Positions 57,181 to 64,000 of a stretch of 64,000 bases of DNA are shown in pieces. Under the pieces are notes generated by a model, which did no database searches, had not been told where the DNA came from, and saw nothing but the letters and a program-made list of their open reading frames with translations. The stretch is from Octopus sinensis. Taxonomy: Eukaryota. The stretch covers positions 103,912,001 through 103,976,000 of the forward strand of contig NC_042998.1 of NCBI RefSeq assembly GCF_006345805.1. The letters are read 5' to 3'. The position numbers and the translations under genes are program-made. Numbering within the stretch: the stretch's first letter is position 1; every line of letters begins with the position of its first letter.

Positions 57181-60100
57181 TATACAGATTTATCTTTCAT
57201 ATATGTTAGAGTGCTTCAGTCAAGGGAAATATATGTTCATTGAATTATGGCATAATTTTTTCCGTCTACCCAATTTCACTCGCACAATCTCTACGAGGCC
57301 CTCGTAAAAGCAATTTGTTCAAGAGGCATCGAGTTCGAGAGCCCAATAATAATGATTTCAATGGTCACACCCTTTGGGAAGAAGTGATATATTCAGCAAT
57401 ATCCAATCCCGAGTCCCACCGTCGTCGGCGAGTTGGAGGAGTTGTTAGAGCATCGTAGAGAATACCTTGCGATAATCATCCGGCTTTCTTCACTCTGAGT
57501 ATAAATCCTGCTGATGTGTACTTTGTCATCCTTTCCGAGTAGATCAATCGAGCGGCAGTCCAAAATTGTGGTTTAACGGAATTCTAGGATCGTTGAAAGA
57601 AATAACTTGCGGTACCTTCTGGGTATTTTCGTATTTCAAACTCAAATTCTGCCTAAGCGAACTGGTTATGGTTAATCACGCGACAACGGAAGCGCTCTAC
57701 CCTAACAACAATTGGGTAGATGGAGAGCAACACAAATAGTCCAACAAAGACATGCCGAGGTTTCATGTAGCAATGGGTTGGATCGAAGACGGCTGAATAG
57801 GAGAATAATACTTGACTGACACTTATTTTATTGCTTCAAGAATGATGAAGGACAAACTCGGATACGATGAAATATGAACTAAGTGCATAATATACCACAA
57901 TACACTGTGTCAGATACCTCCCAACAAGCAAACTTAGAAGTAATAACATTTCGGTAATGCTTCGAATTTAATTGCAAAAAATTAGTAAAAAGTTTTTATA
58001 AAGCCAATAAGGGAACCATTTTGTGGTTATTCAAACTTTTAGAAACAGTAGACACTTTCAACTTACATTATATCGTCTTAGAAAAAAAAAACGGTGTGAA
58101 TAATTTTCTCTTCGATGCAACCTGAGTATGGGGAAAAACAAGATGCTCATGGTTGGAATTACTTCCCTCTGTGGTATATCGATCAAGGGCTGAGAGGAAC
58201 GTGTCAGAAGTAATTAAAAAGTTATTTATTACGCAGAAGCTACAATAAATCAAATGAAACTGTTTTATTGGTCTCAGATTCAATAGCTACTTTCAATTTT
58301 GCAGTTCATGCCAAATTATCAATTATATTTAATTAAAGGTTTTCGAAATATACGGAATGCGTTTGAAAGTTTTGATGTAGTTACATTGTAGTAACTCATG
58401 AAATTGTAATAATTTCATTAAATGAACAATAAAATATTATAAGACATTATTCAGTTACAATTACAAATAGATTTTAAAATGTTGTGCCTATAGCGGAGAA
58501 TGTGAATCAACAACATACAAGGCTGCTCAGCTTGCTAGAAGTAACAACCAAGTACCTGAGCAAGAAGCTCATAATTGTAAGTTCAATACACTAGCAAATA
58601 CGTGTGTGTGCGTGTATTTGTGTGTGTGAGTATGTGTGTGTTTGTGTGCATGCGCGTGTCTGCATTTATGTGTGTGTGTGTGCATGTGCGCGCGAGTGTG
58701 TGTTTGTGTGTGTGTTTGTGCATGTGTGAATGCGCGTAGGTTTCAACGTAGTTTCTGTTTCACAAATTTCAATTAAATTATTTTAGCCGACATGCAATTA
58801 CGATAAAAATAACACCTGTCCAATGTGCTTTGTAGTGGAATTAAACCCAGAAACGCAAAATTGTGTAATAGATTCCTTAATTATCAAAGTAACGTGACTG
58901 TCCATATTGAATAATGTTCTTTAAAACCTTGAATTTGTTTCTGCTTTTCATCTAAACGTATAACATGTTGTCTAATTTCTTTCTATTACATTCTCATCAA
59001 ATCGCCGTCTCTTTTCGATAAACTTCAGTATGTTCTATCAACACCACAAAATCCATGAAATGGTATGAGTCATGTCAAATAAACTCACCCAGCAATTGAA
59101 AGTGATAGGGGTCAGTTTGAAGAAACTAGAATGTAACTCTGACAACCATATTATTTATCCTCTCTACGCGTACAAACTGCGACACGGTACAAACTTACAT
59201 GCCCTAGAGGCTGAGAATGACTTTTAAGTGATAATATTCATACCAAAATTATAACTGAACCTTTCTCTTAATAACTGCTACTCTGCTCGCTGGATCTACT
59301 CCACAATCTAATCAATTGTGGATATTCTCTCAGGCGAGAGAACATTGGAGACCACGAAGTCGTCTAGTTAAGATGACAATTTTCTGTCTTGTCCATTATT
59401 TACTATTCTTTTATTTGAAGAATTGTATCATTGGAAAAGCAGGCTGAATGCATTCCGTTGAAATTAGTCAAGATATCCACGTCAAGTAGAATTCGACAAT
59501 AACATTCTACAAAATACATCAATTTTTTTCAAATGTTCGATGTCGTAAAGTATCTTTCAATGCTTTCAATTAAGAAGACTTTTCACATTGACAGAAAACC
59601 AATAAAATACTGACGTTTCCATTGGAAATTGTCGACTTCAAATTAGAGAACAAGTTCCGCATACAAACACTATTAATCCTTATGGAAATATAAGTCTGTT
59701 TGCTCGTGGAACAAGTGTACATTTATGAAAACTGACTCTAATCACTTTTTCTACAAATTTATAAACACATTGCTTATAATATTCATATAAAGATGGCAGA
59801 TTGATAGAATCCTCAAAGCGTCGGAAAATGAATCTTGCAATATTTACTTTAGTTCCTTACATTCCACGGCCAAATTCCGCCGAGGTCAACTTTGTTTTTT
59901 ATTCTTTTCGATAGATTTCAGTATCAGTCAGATATTGGAATTGATGTTATTGACCAAACCTTCCCCTCAAAATTGTAGGAATGGGCAAAAATCAGAATCA
60001 TTCATGATATTGATTTCAAGACGAAGCGTCAGCAGAGGCTTGTAGATTGAGCGATTATGTCAAGGTTCCCTCACTGGCTGGTTTAAATGTGTTATAGTAA

Positions 60101-60435
60101 GTAAACGTGGAAACGATGTTCTTGAAGAAGGAATAGCTATTAGTTTTTGGTGTTGATCAGTTAGTTATGAGTGAATAAAAAGGCTTCTGGTTACGATGGT
60201 GGCTGTATTCATGTTACATAGTAGATTAAGCCAGGTGAAATCTGTCCTTGCTTTTCTATGATCTAGGTGGAATTCTTGTTGACTAGCTGTTCGCTAGACA
60301 CGTTTTAGAATAAGGCACCGTTTTATTTATCTTTGACTGTTCAATCTTTCCCTGACAAAGGACAAAGTGAATTGTTCAACAGCTACATGTGCGTATGTAT
60401 GTGTGTGTGTGCGCGCACGAGTGTGCTTGTGTGTG

Positions 60436-60487
<52 letters not shown>

Positions 60488-60701
60488 ATAAGAGATAATG
60501 GTGTCATAGAGACCCAAAGGTGTCAGGTAATGCTGAATAAGTGCTATAGACAGACCATAGTTAAGTTCCAGATTCGGTAATATTGCGAATAAAGGGTTCA
60601 ACATTGGTTCTATGTCAGCGTGTGTATGTAAGAATTTATTTCGTAATAAGATGAAAAAAAAACCAAGGCTGTATAAATATTAGAGCATTTATAGATAGAA
60701 G

Positions 60702-60749
60702 GTCTTACAGCTGTTTCTGGGATATTAATAATATCCCTTCATCGGAGAC
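60702..60749 (-). ncRNA. Minimal type-I hammerhead ribozyme (U4C core variant)
   Basis: Minus strand: GTCT-CCGATGA-A-GGGATATT-att-AATATCCC-A-GAAA-CAGCTG-TA-AGAC. 4-bp stem I, 8-bp stem II, palindromic stem III, GUA site. Confidence 0.72.
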
Positions 60750-61043
60750 GGTGTGAGAGAAAAATTAAGTCATAGTTAGTTTCGATGTGATACAAAATAG
60801 AGAGTGAGGTGGAGGAAAGAAAATAGATGTAAGATATGTATGGATATTGAAGTTGCAAATCCATTTTATAGGCATAATGGTATATATGCAATATTCCAAT
60901 AGCCTTTGAGTAAAATCCAAAAGTCCAACAGAGTCGCACTGTTTCCGTTGAATTAGGTACTTAAATTCAGATTTTGAATTCCATTATTAATGTAAACATG
61001 TTTTAAAAAAATAGTTGTATCCTTATGTTTGAAGTTTATGCGG

Positions 61044-61128
61044 TAATCTGACGAGAACGATTTCTTTTAAATTGATGTAATGTTTTCATTAATCAATTAA
61101 AGGAATCGCTTGAAACAGCTGTAATGAA
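61044..61128 (+). ncRNA. Type-I hammerhead-like motif with long stem II and weak stem I
   Basis: CTGACGA (61048-54), hairpin cgattt..aattgat / atcaatt..aatcg, then GAAACAGCTGTA (61112-23). Confidence 0.55.
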
Positions 61129-61294
61129 TTGACACTTGTACATCTTTGTTACTTATGAATATCTATTTATATAACAAATTAAAAGGGGTGGCTTACTAGC
61201 AAGTAGAACCTAAAGGCAAAAGTGATAAAAGTTTATCGTCACTACTGTTGACCCCGACATATCATAATAATGTTTACAAATCTATTTCTGCCGT

Positions 61295-61348
<54 letters not shown>

Positions 61349-61361
61349 TACTTACACAAAC

Positions 61362-61403
<42 letters not shown>

Positions 61404-61439
61404 TTCATGTATATAAGTATTTCACTCATATTCGCGTAT

Positions 61440-61500
61440 TTGCCGCTGAAGAGGGGAAAATTTCTTATTAATTAACCCCGAAATTGGACCAATACGGTAA
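61440..61500 (+). ncRNA. Canonical-core type-I hammerhead ribozyme
   Basis: TTGCCG-CTGAAGA-GGGG-(19 nt)-CCCC-GAAA-TTGG-A-CCAA-TA-CGGTAA. 6-bp stem I, 4-bp G-C stem II, quasi-palindromic stem III; predicted cleavage after 61494 (AUA). Confidence 0.82.
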
Positions 61501-62170
61501 TAATGAATTTTTTAGAAATTTCTATCGGTTTGTTTCGAGACGCATAAATTATAATTATTGAAAAGTTTTGTCTTTTTTTCGGTATATTTGGCATTAGAAT
61601 TTTTCTTTTGCCCTTATCTTGTAAATATACATATATAAATGTACATATGTGTGTGTGTCTGTATATTCTTGTTTAGCAAGAAATGCATTGCTAGTGGCGC
61701 CGACATTTTGACCAAATAAACCTTTATTAGACTATTGCTGCATTTAAGTTAATCTTAGTTTCCTATTATGCCTGTTGAGATGAATTTTTTCCGGGTCTGT
61801 GGGCTTCTGTTGAATGTTAATTAAGGTGTAGGGTAGATTGTGATGCAGTAGAATTGTGAAGAAATTTTTATTAAATAAATTTAGTGTCTTGCTATTGTTC
61901 CGAATATATTCATGCGTGTAGAACTGTGAAGACAGCTGTGTGTATTTAGGCGTGCCAGCTTCAGGTCATGCGCTTGTCTTTCATGGTTCACACACACAAG
62001 TACACATATGTGTGTGAGTGCATGACATACACACACTCACGCACACACACATATATATATACGTACATACATTACATATATTTCATATATAAATATGCGT
62101 GTGTGTTTCATACATACATACATACATACATACATACATACATACATACATACATACATACATACATACA

Positions 62171-62202
<32 letters not shown>

Positions 62203-62569
62203 AATACACACACACACGCACACATATATATATATGTTTATGAATGTATGTAAGCTTTCCTGAACTGGCGACATGCATTACATACTCAATGTGTCAAGGT
62301 ACGTTGCTGGTAATCTGTTGCGATAAAAGCTGATATACAAGCATACTCTATGCTAATGCCTCACTCGTTGGCCTATTTAATTAATTCCTAGGAAGCAATT
62401 TATATTTGATTGTCTTAATTGCACTCAACCATACACTAGTATGAATCAAAATCCATGAAAAGGTTTTATATTTGGCATTTGTTAATCGAAATTCTTTGCT
62501 ATCTTATTTGGCGTCATACAACTAATGTTCTCATGTAACTGTAACTATAATGTACCAATCTATATATTC

Positions 62570-62912
62570 TTTATTCTTTTTATTTTTATTTGTTTTAGTC
62601 ATTTTACTGCTGCCATGCTAGAGCACTGCTTTCAGTCGAGCAAATCGACCTCTTAGCTTATTCTTTGTAAGCCTAGTACGTATTCTGTCGGTCTCTTTTG
62701 CCGAACGGTCAAGTTACGGGGACGGACACACATTAGTATCGGTTGTCAAGCGATGTTGGGGGGACAAACGCAGACAAACAAACATATGCATACACATGCA
62801 TATGCATACATATATGTATATACGATGGGCTTCTTTTCGTTTCTGCCTACCAAATCCACTAACAAGGTTTTGGTCGGCCCGAGCCTATAGTAGAAGACAC
62901 TTACCCAAGATG
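62570..62912 (-). mobile_element. SINE family A
   Basis: ttagtcattttactgctgccatgctagagcac...ccaaatccactaacaagg..ggtcggcccgag..tagtagaagacactt matches the other copies. Confidence 0.8.
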
Positions 62913-63476
62913 CAACTTAAATTGAGAACATGTCATTATATTAACCAAAAGATCTTGCTATGTCTGCGTTTGAGTATAAATATATACGGCCCCGGATATG
63001 AATGCATGAATAAGTGTGTTGTACTGTGTGTATGTGTTTGTGTGCGTGTGTTTATGTGTAGGTGTCTGCGTACGCGCGTGTGTGTGTGCGTATTTGTGAA
63101 CGTGTGTACGCTCCTCTGGATTTTGTTGCATAAGTTTTAAATCTATCGTTTTCTGGAGCAGATCCGTTAAGTGATGGGGATATAAGCAAGCCAAAACCAT
63201 TTGTCAAGTGTTAATGAAGAACTAGCACAATCACACATATACACTCGTGTGCACGTGAATACACACAAACTGGTGCACACACACACACACACACACATAT
63301 GTATATATATACATATATATATATATATATAATATATAATATATATATATATATAATATATATATATATATAAGTAGCTTGCTTACCAACCACAAGAAAC
63401 CATCCGTATAAGAGGTTTAAATATCGTCGAAGTGACTACATACACGCACACACATACATATGTATATATGTCTGTG

Positions 63477-63514
<38 letters not shown>

Positions 63515-63537
63515 TAGATAGATAGATAGATAGATAG

Positions 63538-63604
<67 letters not shown>

Positions 63605-63808
63605 CAGACATACAGATAGATAGGTAGTTAGATAGATACATACATAGATAGTTGAGAAAAGAGATGAGATAGAAAGAAACGATTGTCTTATGAAGCTAAT
63701 TTTTGTTTTGTTACTGCGCTGCATTCCACTGACGCTTCGGTCAAAAGCATGCGCGCATTGAGTTCTACACCAGGTTATTAGCATCGCAATGCCTTTGCTA
63801 AATATACA

Positions 63809-63930
<122 letters not shown>

Positions 63931-64000
63931 ATATATTTTTGTGTATATATGTATATATATATAGAGAGAGAGACACAGAGACAGAGACACATAGACAGTC

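Overview
AT-rich, microsatellite-dense eukaryotic DNA. The SINE and microsatellite content suggests a coleoid cephalopod, probably Octopus (inference). Only one host protein-coding gene is supported: a divergent Sp6-9/Sp8-like Buttonhead-box + triple C2H2 zinc-finger transcription factor (4087-5358, minus), with about 58 kb of gene-free sequence upstream. Almost all other ORFs in the track are translations of microsatellites. The rest is mobile DNA: three tRNA-derived SINE families, a decayed Tc1/mariner, RLE-type (R4/Dong-like) non-LTR fragments in (TAA)n/(CATA)n, an L1/Tx1-like 3' end whose tail matches one SINE family, two non-autonomous Helitrons, a HINE/DINE-like element, a hAT MITE and a Penelope-like (PLE) RT-thumb/GIY-YIG fragment. 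The most striking signal is a set of short, mostly (TA)n-flanked elements carrying minimal type-I hammerhead ribozyme (HHR) motifs with palindromic stem III. Across copies the 3-8 tertiary pair covaries (C3-G8, U3-A8, G3-C8). Two related families sit at the centre of ~120-bp inverted repeats and also covary in stem II. This looks like a diversified, microsatellite-associated PLE/retrozyme-like system. All folds were done by eye and no activity is shown.
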